From the NCBI RefSeq assembly GCF_006345805.1, contig NC_043020.1:7316001-7380000 (forward strand): 64,000 bases of DNA, read 5' to 3'. The stretch comes from Octopus sinensis (lineage: Eukaryota). Below, one piece after another: positions 11,916 to 25,502 of the stretch (position 1 is its first letter; the number at the start of each line of letters is the position of its first letter). The notes beneath the pieces are model-generated. The model was given only the letters and a program-made list of their open reading frames with translations, was not told where the DNA came from and ran no database searches. Made by a program: the position numbers and the translations under genes.

Positions 11916-13204
11916 AGGTCAACATTGCCCCCCCCCACTGATCGGAAGGCCGTCCCTTGCAGGGTGACCCATTTACAGCTGAGTGGACTGGAGCAATGTG
12001 AAACGAGGTATTTTGCTCAGGAACACAAAACGCGCTGCTCGGTCTGGGAATCGAACCACGAATTAGGGATCGTGAGTGCAAAACCCTAACTTGGCCACGC
12101 GCCTTCATGTGAATTTAATAGAATGGGGCCAGAACGAGTAAAGATTTATTTCGTTTTTGACATCGAGGAAAAAGTATTTTTCACAAATGTTCGCTACCTT
12201 ACAAAGACTATATCAGCGAAGCAAATGGTCTTCTTTAAATGCACTAAAAACACTATAACACAACCGGAATACTATTTCAGAAAATTATCTCAGTTCCTTT
12301 GAGTATCATCATCATCATCGTTTAACGTCCGTTCTCCATGCTAGCATGGGTTGGACGGTTCGACCGGGGATCTAGGAAGCCAGAAGGCTGCACCAGGCTC
12401 CGGTCTTATCTGGCAATGTTTCTACAGCTGGATGCCCTTCCTAACGCCAACCACTCCGTGAGTGTAGTGGGTGCTTTTTACGTGCCACCTGCACTGGAGC
12501 CCGGCGAGGCTGGCATCGGCCACGGTTGGATTGGTGCTTTTTACGTGCCACCGACACGGAAGCCAGTCGAGGCGGCGCTGGCATCGGCCACGATTCGGAT
12601 GGTGCTTTTTACGTTCCACCGACACGGAAGCCAGTCGAGGCGGCGCTGGCATCGGCCACGATTCGGATGGTGCTTTTTACGTATCTCCAGGCCAGGATTG
12701 GTTCAATTTCGATTTCGATTTCACTTGCCCCAACAGGTCTTCGCAAGCATTAGGCATGTAAAGACAAATTTAGCCGGAGCAAAATTAGTAAATTTAGGGT
12801 AAATTCATCTCTTCAGTTACCTAGAAATACATTTGGGAAAGGACTCAAACACATCAATATCCATCCTTAGACATCAGAAAGATCAGAGGTGCAACAAAAA
12901 TATCTCGGTCAAGTTGAAAGAGGATCATGGCACATGATATGAAATTAACGAAATTTGACTAAATCTAAAAACTCGACATAAAATATTCTCTATAGCTTCT
13001 TCATGATCTGCTGGGGTGACTCTCTTCTCGATATGTTTACGCACCATACAGTTAAAAAGAAGGGATTGAAATTAGTCTTTACTCAATTTGTCCCATTTTA
13101 GACATCATTTTTTACAATTTGAGACGTTAGTGTGTGGAAGAATTGACTTAGAATCCGGCAGAGAAAGGAATATTGATTGCTAGACACCAAAAATTACCCA
13201 GCTG

Positions 13205-13278
13205 TCCTCGGTAGTATAGTGGTAAGTTTCCCCCCGCCTGTCACGCGGGAGACCGGGGTTCGATTCCCCGCCGGGGAG
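13205..13278 (+). tRNA. trnD-GTC: tRNA-Asp(GTC), variant or possibly pseudogene
   Basis: TCCTCGGTAGTATAGTGGTAAGTTTCCCCCCGCCTGTCACGCGGGAGACCGGGGTTCGATTCCCCGCCGGGGAG. Acceptor stem fully paired, CT-GTC-AC loop, GGTTCGATTCC T arm. It is 74 nt: two extra C in the C-run and GTTT instead of GTAT in the D stem. Confidence 0.85.
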
Positions 13279-14539
13279 GCATCTTAATAACGGCAGTGCA
13301 TCAGCATGGCCGCAGCTCTGAGCTGAGACAAAAAAATATATATATTTTATAAGAAACTTACAAGCAGGGTGCTGAAAAGTTCCCGGTTTAGGGTAAAAGA
13401 AAATACAGGAGAATCAATTAATTTTTTTAGAAACTTTAATTTTTTGAAAAGAAATTTATTGTTTTCTAAATTGTAATTCCCATTGTATGAAATGCAGGAA
13501 CCTCAAAGAACTGTTATTTCTAGCATATCAAGCGACCACAGAGGTTTCCTCAATAGCTCGAAACACAGTTGTTTATCTGCAGGTCAGTTCTGATTAAGGC
13601 CTATGATCAATGTCGCTCCAGCCCCGACCATCCTGTTCATTTTTGTCAGGACCATTATCCAACGTATACTCCCCTCTTGTGGCATTTGAGACGTTCGGAA
13701 GGACTGGGCCACTCATGGCGAAGTTCTTGTCAACGTTGGCAGCTCGCCCCACCGAGGTGTCAGGTAATGTCCGTGAGGGCGCTTGCCTTTCCTAACGCCT
13801 TAGCCACGCCATCGCCCCTGATAATGCTGCGAGCGAGCGTGCTGGCTTGCTTCAGTAGGTTCCGTTAAACCTTGTAGTGTGCAACCAGTTGCTGTGATAA
13901 AAAAAAATTCCCCACAAATGGCGCAGGAGTGGCTGTGTGGTAAGTAGCTTGCTTACCAACCACATGTTTCCGGGTTCAGTGCCACCTTGAGCAAGTGTCT
14001 TCTACTATAGCCTCGGGCCGACCAAAGCCTTGTGTGTGGATTTGGTAGACAGAAACTGAAAGAAGCCCGTCGTATGTATATATATATATTATATATATAT
14101 ATGTATGTGTGTCCCAACATCGCTTGACAACCGATGCTGGTGTGTTTGCGTCCCCGTTACTTAGCGGTTCGGCGAATGAGACCGATAGAATAAGTACTAG
14201 GCTTACAAAGAATAAGTCCTGGAGTCGATTTGCTCGACTAAAGGCGGTGCTCCAGCATGGCCACAGTCAAAATGACTGAAACAAGTAAAAGAATAAAAAG
14301 GAAATAAATGATTTCAATACAGTTTTATTAGAAATATTTTGGAAGAATTAAATGAAAGTTCTCCAGAAATTTTGTTTCATGTAAATTAATGTTTATGTTA
14401 ATTAAAAAAAAATGTATGATTAATTCAAAACAATGGTGAATAAATAAGCATTACATTTGGCAGTGTAATCTGGTTGCTAAAGGGTTAACTATAGCCCTAG
14501 GCCGAATGATGTGAGTGGATTTGATAAGTGGTAACAAGT

Positions 14540-15270
14540 AAAAAACGATGTAGTGATTTGAGAGATATTTTGCTGCTATTACTAGCAAATCGAGCGACCA
14601 CGTAGTGGGTTACTCGTTGGCATATTGATAGTGATGTTGTTCTACTCCCGGGTCAGTTCTGCTCGAACAGGTCTTTGATCAAAAGCATACCAACCGTGAC
14701 CCTTTTATCTTTTTTTTTTTCTTTTCTCTACTCATGGAGGACAGGACCGTATTAAGCAACTAGTTCTTTGTCAAGATGTTAGAGTGATTTGACTGCTATT
14801 TCTAGCGTTTCGAACAACCACGTAGATGCTTATCTGTTGGCACGTTGTCAATTATGTTTGTTGTTGTCAGCCCTGGTCGAACAAATCTCTGATCAAAAAC
14901 ATATCAACCGTGACCATCCCATCTCTTTTTCCCTCTACGCAAGAAACACGGGATCGTTTTATGCAACGAATCCTTTGTCAAGATGTTAGGGGGTGATTTG
15001 AGAGAGATTTGGCTGCTATTTCTAGCAAATCGAGTGACCACGTAGAGGCTTACTCGTTGGCACCTTCTCAGCGTTGTTTTATGTTAACCCCCAGGTCAGC
15101 CCTGGTCGAACAGATCTGTGACCAAAGGCATTCCAGCTGTAACCACCACATCCTATCCCATCATCTTTTCATGTACGCAAAGAACCCAATGATTTCTTTC
15201 TCAAGATGGTAGCGAGTGAATAGAAAGAGATTTTGCCTGCTGTTTCTAGCAGCTGGGTCGGCCACGTAGA
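14540..15270 (-). repeat. Diverged ~220-bp tandem repeat family carrying the TAGAAATAGCAGCCAAA motif
   Basis: Three to four units (GCTGCTATTTCTAGC ... GACCACGTAGA at about 14570, 14790, 15010 and 15235); opposite-strand array at about 10270-10810. Confidence 0.65.
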
Positions 15271-15562
15271 TATGAACACGTGTTCGGGTCGTTGACTGTT
15301 GTTACGCCAAATAAACAGAACTGGTGACCCCGTTATTAAAATTCTTTTTACAATTGTGACATATAAAATGGGATGAGAATGGCTCTTAGGGTATTCACTA
15401 TGGAGGTTTTTTCTGAGGGTCCCACGATTTTATTTATTATTCGTTTTAAACAAAACAGTTTTTTTATGTTTAATATTGATTTAAAGGTTTGACGCATTTT
15501 CGTAACGGAACTTCGTATCTTTTCTAAGTTCTTTATCGTGAACAAACTCGAACAGTTTAAAC

Positions 15563-15764
15563 TAGAGGTTCTCGACCTTTATAATACACGGGCCGGGCCC
15601 AAAACCTGGACTGGAAGGTGGGGGTGGGAAGCACAAAAAAAAAATGTAAAACAAGTCGATCAAAGACGAATTTCTTATATTTATGGAGGGAAAACTGTCG
15701 AGGGCCGCCGGAAGGATGCTTGAAGGTTACACGTGGCCCTGGGACCTGCAGTTGAGAACCGCTG
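15563..15764. mobile_element. hAT-type MITE
   Basis: Ends TAGAGGTTCTCGAC / GTTGAGAACCGCTG; imperfect 8-bp TSD GTTTAAAC / GTTGAAAT. Confidence 0.55.
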
Positions 15765-17044
15765 GTTGAAATGATCAAAGTGCCCCCCCCCAGTTCTTAT
15801 TTTAAGAGTTAGGTACTCATTCTGACGATCCCATTAAACCACTAAGTTACAGAGACGTAAACAAACCAATACCGGTCAACACAAATGCACACACACTCTC
15901 CCTCTCTCTCTCTCTCACCCACTTACACACACACACATGCACATACATATATGTTTCTTTATTACCCACAAGGGGCTAAACGTAGAGGGGACAAACAAGG
16001 ACAGACAAACGAATTAAGTCGATTACATCGACACCAATGCGTAACTGGTACTTAATTTATCGACCTCGAAAGAATGAAAAGCAAAGTCGACTTCGGCGGA
16101 ATTTGAACCCAGAATGTAACGACAGACGAAATACGGCTACGCATTTCGTCCGGCGTGCTAACGTTTCTGCCAGCTCGCCCAGCAGATGAGATCCAGAGTG
16201 TCGCGGTACAGAGAACGCTCAGTGCTGCTCAAGTGATTCGAACGTAGACTTCGATGTCTTTACGAGGAACCAATTCTGAGGGGTAAAGTATGGCTATAAG
16301 AGGAATCCCAGTGAATAAATAGGGAGGCAATTATGCGGATAAAGAAATTAAATATCATAGCTTGGATTTAATTTACAAAATATATCTTATTATAAACGTG
16401 ATGTTTCTCTGTCGTTACGTTTTTATGTTCGTTAACGCCTCCTCGACCGTTGGTGTAAGGACAACGAAGCTCAAACTATCAACTCTCCTAATCCCAGGGA
16501 ATGTCCTAAGGGGGTCTATTTTTTAAGGGCTGCCTAACTGGGGCCGCACTGATCCCTCTTCCTTATTTTTACTGCATTTTAAACTAAATACATGGCATTA
16601 ACGACCAAATCGGAGCAATTACAATGAATTTCAAACCATGAACACTCAGAGAGTATCGTAAGAAGGTTCAATTTCTGAAGGACCGTTTAAATGGGCCCCA
16701 CTGACTCCCTGCCTCATATGTGAGAGATGACCTGACCATATGTATGTATGTATGTGTATATATATATATATATGGATGTGCATGTGTGTGTTACTGTCTC
16801 CTTGCTTTGATATTATGTAACAGTTGTAAACGAGCATCACTGTCATACAAGCAGTGTCCTTCATTTCCGATCTTTTGATAGAAAATTTCTAGCCACTGGG
16901 GAAATATTACCTTACTTGGAAATAGGCAAGAGTTGGTGACCAGAAGAGCAAATGGCCATAGAAAATTTGCCTCAACAAACTCCCTCTGTTCTTTGTAAAC
17001 ATGGAAAAGTCAATGTTAAAGACGAAGAAACAATGATGAATTAG

Positions 17045-17935
17045 CTTAATATATGTCATACTCGACAGAGTGTAAGTGCCTTGAGAGAAAAGTTGGACCT
17101 AAGAAGCATCAGATGTGGTGTGCAAGAGAGTCGACTGCGTTGGTATGGTCATGTGGCAAGAATGGATGAGGATAGCTGTGTGGAAAAGTGCCACACCATA
17201 GTGGTTGAGGGAAGCTGTGGAAGTGGTAGACCCAGGAAGACCTAGGATGAGGTGGTGAAGCACGACTTTCGAACATTAGGCCTCACCGAGGCAATAACTA
17301 GTGACCAAGACCTTTGGAAATATGCTGTGCTTGAGAAGACCTGGCAAGCCAAGTGAGACCATAACCCATGGCCTATGCCAGGGGTGTAACCAGCCCACTT
17401 ATGCATACCTTTCTTTCATTGGACACTAAACTCTGCTTGTGAAGACCTGTTGAGGCAAGTGAAATCGAAATTGAAATCAAATTCAATGACTGGCACCTGT
17501 GCTAGTGGAGCGTTAAGAGCACCATCTGAGCATGATCGTTGCCAGAGCAGCTAACTGGCTTCCATGCTGGTGGCGCGTAAAAAGCACTATTCGAGCGTGA
17601 TTCTTACCAACGTTGCCTTACTGGTACGTGAAAAAACATTCAAGTGAGGTTGTTGCCAGTGCTGCTGGTCTGGTTCCTGTGCAGGTGGTACATGAAAAAC
17701 ACTGTTTGAATGTGGCTGTTGCCAGTACTGCCTGACTGGCCCTGGTGCCAGTGGCATGTAAAAGTACCCACTACACTCTCGGAGTTAGGAAGGGCATCCA
17801 GCTGTAGAAACTCTGCCAGATCAGATTGGAGCCTGGTGCAGCCATCTGGTTCGCTAGTCCTCAGTCAAATCGTCCAACCCATGCCAGCATGGAAAGCAGA
17901 CGTTCAATGATGATGATGATGATAATGATGACGAT
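17045..17935 (+). mobile_element. 5'-truncated RTE LINE 3' end with 3' UTR and (GAT)n tail
   Basis: LRSIRCGVQE...LRWYGHVARMDEDSCVEKCH...GRPRKT then the family 3' UTR. UTR-only copies occur at about 12305-12760(-), 22320-22745, 32400-32570, 35880-36245, 47005-47215(-) and 52550-52840(-). Confidence 0.8.
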
Positions 17936-18929
17936 GTCAGAGCTCTGTCGATTTAAGGAATTTGAAATAAGATTTGTAACGAGGTGAATATTTAATTACA
18001 TTCAGAATTTAATATGTTAGATATATCTCCTAGTTTATGACCCTTTGATTTGGTTCTGACCTAGAACTTCTTTTATCAAGACTGGAGAGATAATAAGGTC
18101 GGTAACCTTAGTAATGTACAAATGCAAAAATGCTGTGTAATCATGATTCAGCAAGTTGAAGTTGTTTAATCATGCAGGTTTGTGTGTGTTTTGCATCGTG
18201 ATGCACCAGAGTGTTGAAAGCTGAAAGGGTGGGGTTTTGTTTTGACCCTTTGCTTTTTGGGGTCACCCTGTCAAATGTACGTCTTATTTATTAACGTTTT
18301 GAATCATGAATTAGGTGGCGGCATGGCTGTGTTGTAAGAAGCTTGCTTCCCAACCACATGGTTCTGGGTTCAGTCCCACTGCATGGTACCTTGGGCAAGA
18401 GTCTTCTAACATAGCCTTGGGCCGACCAAAGCCTTGTGAGGGGATTTGGTAAATGGAAACTGAAAGAAACCTGTCATGTATATATATATGTGTCTGTGTG
18501 CATGTGTCTTTGTTTGACCCCCACCACTGCTTGACAATCAGTCTTTGCTTGTTTACGACACTGTAACTTGGCAGTTCAGCAAAAAGAGTCTGATAGACTA
18601 AGTACCAGGCTTACAAAAGAAAAAGTACTTGGGTCGATTTATTCAACTAAAAACTCTTCAAGGCGGTGACCCAGCATGGCCACAGTCTAATGACTGAAAC
18701 AAGTAAAAGAAAAAAGAACAAAAATATCCCCCACTCACCTTTAAGTTCAATACCACGTAATATTGTTTTACCCTGCAATTTCAATTGATTTTATTTGCTT
18801 TCTGCTTTATCTTTTGTTTGAACTTTGCTAGAGATAGAGTAAGGCTGTCAACAAGTGGTTTAGAAGAAGTTAATTTTTTTAATCCTAAGCTGGAAGATAA
18901 GCCGAGAGGTCATTCGATACAAAAGTCTA

Positions 18930-20438
18930 TACCTATTTCTTTACTACCCACAAGGGGCTAAACACAGAGAGGACAAACGGATTAAGTCGATTATATCAAC
19001 CCAGTGTGTAACTGGTACTTATTTAATTGACCCCACAAAAGGATGAAAGGCAAAGTCGACCTCGGCAGAATTTGAACTCAGAACGTAGCAGCAGATGAAA
19101 TACTTATTTCTTTACTACCCACAAGGGGCTAAACACAGAGAGGACAAACGGATTAAGTCGATTATATCGACCCAGTGTGTAACTGGTACTTATTTAATTG
19201 ACCCCCCAAAAGGATGAAAGGCAAAGTCGACCTCGGCAGAATTTGAACTCAGAATGTAGCAGCAGATGAAATACCTATTTCTTTACTACCCACAAGGGGC
19301 TAAACACAGAGAGGACAAACAAGGACAGACAAACGGATTAAGTCGATTATACCGACCCCAGTGTGTAACTGGTACTTATTTATTGACCTTGACCCCCCAA
19401 AAGGATGAAAGGCAAAGTCGACCTCGGCAGAATTTGAACTCAGAACGTAGCAGCAGATGAAATACCTATTTCTTTACTACCCACAAGGGGCTAAACACAG
19501 AGAGGACAAACAAGGACAGACAAATGGATTAAGTCGATTATACCGACCCCAGTGTGTAACTGGTACTTATTTAATTGACCCCCCAAAAGGATGAAAGGCA
19601 AAGTCGACCTCGGCAGAATTTGAACTCAGAACGTAGCAGCAGATGAAATACTTATTTCTTTACTACCCACAAGGGGCTAAACACAGAGAGGACAAACAAG
19701 GACAGACAAACGGATTAAGTCGATTATACCGACCCCAGTGTGTAACTGGTACTTATTTAATTGACCCCCCAAAAGGATGAAAGGCAAAGTCGACCTCGGC
19801 AGAATTTGAACTCAGAACGTAGCAGCAGATGAAATACTTATTTCTTACTACCCACAAGGGGCTAAACACAGAGAGGACAAACAAGGACAGACAAATGGAT
19901 TAAGTCGATTATACCGACCCCAGTGTGTAACTGGTACTTATTTAATTGACCCCCTAAAAGGATGAAAGGCAAAGTCGACCTCGGCAGAATTTGAACTCAG
20001 AACGTAGCAGCAGATGAAATACTTATTTCTTTACTACCCACAAGGGGCTAAACACAGAGGGGACAAACAAGGACAGACATAGGTATTAAGTCGATTATAC
20101 CAACCCCAGTGCGTAACTGGTACTTATTTAATCGACCCCGAAAGGATGAAAGGCAAAGTCGACCTCGGCAGAATTTGAACTCAGAACGTAGCAGCAAATG
20201 AAATACTTATTTCTTTACTACCCACAAGGGGCTAAACACAGAGAGGACAAACAAGGACAGACAAACGGATTAAGTCGATTATATTGACCCCAGTGCGTAA
20301 CTGGTACTTATTTAATCGATCCCGAAAGGATGAAAGGCAAAGTCGACCTCGGCAGAATTTGAACTCAGAACATAACGGAACACAAAATACTGCTAAGCAT
20401 TTCGCCCGGCGTGCTAATGATTCTGCCAGCTTGCCGCC
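18930..20438 (-). repeat. Head-to-tail array of eight SINE family 1 units (about 171-191 bp)
   Basis: Unit starts near 18930, 19101, 19272, 19463, 19649, 19835, 20020 and 20204; only the last carries the box-A head. Confidence 0.9.
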
Positions 20439-20454
20439 TTTATGGAGAGTCTAT

Positions 20455-20650
20455 ACCTCGAATGAAAGAATTAAGCTGAAACTTCTCAACACCCTTGTCT
20501 TTTCTGTAGCATTCTGTGGGTATGGAGCATGAAACCTAGGGTTGCTGGGACCAAATGACTGAGGGCATTTTAAATGTGGTTTTGGGGAGTGCTGTGAATC
20601 ATTTGGGTGGCCCTTTAGATTGACCAATTCAGTTGTGGATTAAGAATGGA
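20455..20650 (+). mobile_element. Small RTE/BovB-like RT fragment
   Basis: IKLKLLNTLVFSVAFCGYGA followed by a decayed EAFEMW-like segment. Confidence 0.5.
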
Positions 20651-22883
20651 ATAAAATTTAGTGCAATGAAAACTGCTATATTTTAGCCAGGGTCTCTGTC
20701 CCCACATTTCCTGTGGGTTTGTGGACAGAAAATGGGCTCACAGGTGACAAAGGGAAAGATGGAGTGATGATATCAAGGATTGGATGAGGAGGCCTCTCTG
20801 GTGGTCTGTAAGGCTGCAGCATTAAACTGCAGTGTGTGGGGCAAGGAGTGATGGTCGTGTCTGAGCCCACCAAACTTGTACAATGAGGGTGGACATTTAA
20901 AAAACAAACGAAAAATCTGTGGAGGAACTTCTCCAAGATTAAAGAAGCCCTAATCATTAGAATTAGAATTGGTCCAGCCCTTACTCCAGCATATACCATC
21001 ACCATTGTCATTTAATATCTGTTTGCCATACTGGTGTGGACTGGACAGTTTGACAGGACCTGGCAAGCTGCTGGGCTGTATTGTACTCCAGTGTCTGCTT
21101 TGGCATGGTTTTTACAGCTGGATGCCCTTCCTACAACCTACAGCAATACAACAGCTTTTGACATCATTTCATCTAATTTCTATTATAGCTTATTTTGCGC
21201 CATTTCCAAGTATGGAAGCCCAGCTGAGACACAAATGACTAACCAAATGATCAGAAATTTTTAACGTGTCACCAGTTTGCCATGTGTCTTTTCATGAAAC
21301 AACTCTCAACAGAACGGTCCCCCAGGGGTAGTTTTGGGATTCTTCCATTTAACACAATGGTTCTCAAGATTTTTGCTTTTGTCCTGTACTGGAGATCAAA
21401 TAATTACTGCCAACATTTGGATTGAAAATTTAAAACAACCAAAAGCCAAACTTTTGTTCTAATTAATCATTGTTTTGCTGAAGACCCTTTGCACCTACAG
21501 GGCAAACAGAGAAGTAAGGGACCACAAGTGTAGCTGGGGTGGGTGATCCATCCTGGGCAACCCTTTTGGGTCTGCTATAGGCAATGTGTTTTTTGTGGGG
21601 TCTGGGGGCAACAAACAGAAGGACCCCCCTGGGTGGCATGTGCACTATGCTAGTGTAATGGACTGATGCAACTAAAATAAAAAATATATTTTAATATTTA
21701 ATTACACTAATTGTGACCAAGGGTGCTGAATAGCTCCTATAATGCAAGAAATAAGAGTTAAAACCTTTAAAGCTGTATGAAGCGCACAATATATATACAC
21801 TGACAGGGAAGATAACCACCACATGATTGAAGCTAGGAGCACTGGACCAGACTAGCTTCTATCAGTTGAAGACCCATCAGCAGTGCCTACTTCATCAGCC
21901 ACAATTAGTGATGATTAAATCTTCTCTTTAAGGTCTTATATTCCACCCAGCTGTTTCTTTTAATTTTGCGGAATCGTTAGCAGCCCGGGCAAAATGCTTA
22001 GCGGTATTTCATCTGCTGTTACGTTCTGAGTTCAAATTCCGCCGAGGTCGACTTTGTCTTTCATCCTTTCGGGGACGATTAAATAAGTACCAGTTACGCA
22101 CTGGGGTCGATGTAATTATTGGATAAAATTAGGGAATAACAGTGTGATTAATATTTTAATGGCGGTGCCCCAGCATGGCCACAGCTCGTGAGCTGAAACT
22201 AGATAAAATATGTATATATATATATGTATATAAATGGTTCCAAACTACAATTAAATAATGACTTTTTTAAATACCAGTGATCAACTTCTCATTTTTAGTT
22301 ATTGCTCCATTTCTATTCTTATCAAAATCAAATTCGATGACTGGCATCTTTGCTAGCGGAGCGCTAAGAGCACCATCTGAGTGTGATCTTAGGTAGAGCA
22401 ACTAACTGGCTTCCGTGCCAGTGGCACGCAAAAAGCACAATCTGAGTCTGATTGTTACCAGTGTTGCCTTACTGGCATGTGAAAAAACATTCGAGAGAGG
22501 TCATTGCCAGTGCCGCTGGACTGGCTCATGTGCAGGTGGCACCTGACTGGCCCTCGTGCCGGTGGCACGTAAAAGCACCCACTACACTCTTGGAGTGGTT
22601 GGCGTTAGGAAGGGCATCCAGCTGGAGAAACTCTGCCAGATCAAGATTGGAGCCTGGTGCAGCCATCTGGTTCGCCAGACCTCAGTCAAATCGTCCAACC
22701 CATGCCAGCATGGAAAGCAGACGTTAAACGATGATGGTGATGATTAAACCATGGTTTTTACCTTTAAATTACCTACTACTGTATACCTTATAACAAGGAC
22801 TATACATACTGAGGTAATACACCAGGAGTGCCTATGGATACATCTATCCCTTAGATGGTTGAATAACCTCTAACTTATATATA

Positions 22884-23419
22884 TCTATATATATAAAACT
22901 GTAGTTGTGTGAGTGTCTGTCCCCTTCGATTTAGATTCCTAACTACTCCCACATTTTGCGGTGCAGTTTAACCAAATTCGGGTATCTTATAGTCGTGATT
23001 CATATCGAGCCCGTCTGGCTATTAGCGCGCGTCAACGATGAGTCTACGATTTTAAAAATAATTTAACATCATTTTTTATTCCATTTTAATGCATAATTTT
23101 TCGTGTGTCGATGGCGGCGGAGTTGGCGTCCATGGTCACACCTGTACCTGTTTGCTTCTTCCCTCCCTCGTGAAGCTGTGGGGAAGGGAGTGTAAGGAAA
23201 TCAACGTCGTAAAGCGTTGTCAAGGAGACCAGCGTTCTTTTAGAACAACGACTTCATGGCTTGAAGACACCAAAACAGAAATAGCGAAGAAAGCGTCTAC
23301 GATGAGTCTACAATTTAAAAAAAAAATTACCATAATTTTTTATTCCATTTTTAATGCATTCTTTTGCATATATAGTTATTTCCCTTACAAACCCGAGCAA
23401 CGCCGGGCGATACTGCTAG
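22884..23419 (+). mobile_element. Non-autonomous Helitron
   Basis: A|TC 5' end at 22884, CTAG|T 3' end at 23416-19, hairpin CCCGAGCAACGCCGGG just upstream of the end; no TSD. Confidence 0.75.
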
Positions 23420-25471
23420 TCTATATATATATATTGGTGTTAGTGAGGGCATCCAGCTGTAAAAATCCTGCCAAAACAGCCACAGAAGTCTGGTGCAAGC
23501 TTCTGCCTGGCCGACTCCTGTCAAACCATTCCACCCATGCCAGCATGGAAAGCAGATGTTATCATGATATTCTTTTACTTGTTTCAGTCATTATGGCTGT
23601 GGCCATGCTGGAGCACCGTCTTTTAGTCGAAGAAATCAACTGCTGGACTTATTCCTTGTAAGCCTGGTACTTATACTGTTGGTCTCTTTTGCCGAACTGC
23701 TAAGTTATGGGGATGTAAACACTTCAAGATTGGTGGGGGGAACAAACACAGCCACAAAAACACACACATATAGATAGGACAGGCTTCTTTAAGTTTCCAT
23801 CTACCAAATCCACTGACAATGGTTTGGTTGGCCCAAGGCTATAGTAGAAGACACTTGCCCAAGGTACCCTGTAGTGGAACCAGATCCAGAACCATGTGGT
23901 TGGGAAGCGAGCTTCTTACCACACAGCCACTTCTGCACCTATATATATATATATATATATATACCAACCATAGAAACTATGTCACAACGGATAGTTGGAG
24001 TTTGGACGGCTCCATGTCAAAGCGTCTAACCCATGCCAGCATATAAAGAGGACGTTAAACGATGACACACACACATTTCACGACCAGAAATGGGCAATTT
24101 ACAGATTCTTAATTATACCAAGGGCAACAACTCGTGTTGACCTTAATGTATAACAAGGAAGGCAATCCGATCACTCGTCTTTGTCTTTCGACTGCGGCCA
24201 TGCTGGAACACCACCTTAAAAGGTTTAATGGAAGAAATCGACCCCAGGACTTATCTTTTAAAGTCTAATACTTATTGTATAGCATTCTTTTGCTGAACCA
24301 CTAAAGAGACGTAAATAAACTGACATCAGCTGTCAAACAAAATCAACACATATATACATATACAAATACGGCAGGCTTCTACACAGTTTCCATCCACCAA
24401 ATTGACAAGGCATCGGTTGGCTCAGGGCTGTAGTCAATGATACTTACCCAAGGTGCCACTTGTTGGCACCGAACCCAAAATCACATGGTTGAAAAGTGAA
24501 CAGCAGACTCGCGGGTTCGAATCTTAGGCCTGGTGATGTGTGTGTTTATGAGCAAAGTACCTAAGCTCCATGCAGCTCCGGCAGAAGGTAATGGCGAACT
24601 TCTGCTGACTCTTTCGCCACAACTTTCTCTCACTCTTTCCTCCTGCATCTTGCAGCTCACCTGTGATGGACCGGCATCCCATCCAGGTGGGGAACCTATA
24701 CACCAAGGAAACCAGGAATCCGGCCCTAATGAGCCAAGCGTAACTCAAGAAGGAACAAACAATCAACAAAGATACAAGGTAACCTAAACGTTGTGGCTGA
24801 GATGACCCAGGTAGGAGTCTAGTCTTGGGCAGTCATTTGAAGTTCTGAGGCTAGTATGTTCCAGCATGGCCACAACATGTCATCTAAATTATGGTTCTCA
24901 CCCTTTTTAATATCTGGGCCAGCTCCAAAACCTGAAGTTTTTTAGGGGCCACACCATAATAAGTAAAACAGAAGTCAATGAAAGAAGAACTTATATTTAT
25001 AGTAAGAAGACTGTCAAGGGGCATTGGAAAGATGCTTAGGGGCCACATGTAGCCCTGGGAGCTCCACATGGGAAATGCTGGTCCACAGCCAATATAAGAT
25101 TTCAGGCTGCTTTTTCCAATAAATGATAAAACATTTCTTTTGTTTTTTCATCAGGCATGGCTGTGTGGTAAGAAGCTTGCTTCCCAATCACATGGTTCTG
25201 GGTTCAGTCCCAATGTATGGCACCTTGGGCGAGTGATTTCTACTATTGCCTCAGGCCAACCAAAGCCTTGTGAGTGGATTTGGTAGACGGAAATTGAGAT
25301 AATAGGTGCAGGAGTGGCTGTGTGGTAAGTAGCTTGCTTACCAACCACATGGTTCCGGTTTCAGTCCCACTGCGTGGCACCTTGGGCAAGTGTCTTCTAC
25401 TATAGCCTCGGGCCGACCAAAGCCTTGTGAGTGGATTTGGTAGACGGAAACTGAAAGAAGCCCGTCGTATG

Positions 25472-25502
<31 letters not shown>

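Noticed and set aside
10844-12089. Recurrent MRNWYLIYRPRKDERQSRPRRNLNSER peptides
   Set aside because: Antisense translation of SINE family 1; the recurrence reflects copy number, not a protein family.
16180-16330. CpG-rich unique stretch with a possible minus-strand acceptor and short peptides (ELVPRKDIEVYVRIT*)
   Set aside because: No partner exons found and no recognisable family; cannot be supported as coding or ncRNA.
11061-20438. Regularly spaced repeats superficially like CRISPR arrays
   Set aside because: Whole 171-191-bp units are repeated with no unique spacers, they are SINE-derived, and there are no cas genes in this eukaryotic context.
20676-21011. 111-aa minus-strand ORF with a faint PTH...ILDII motif of LINE endonucleases
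   Set aside because: Similarity too weak to call without a profile search.
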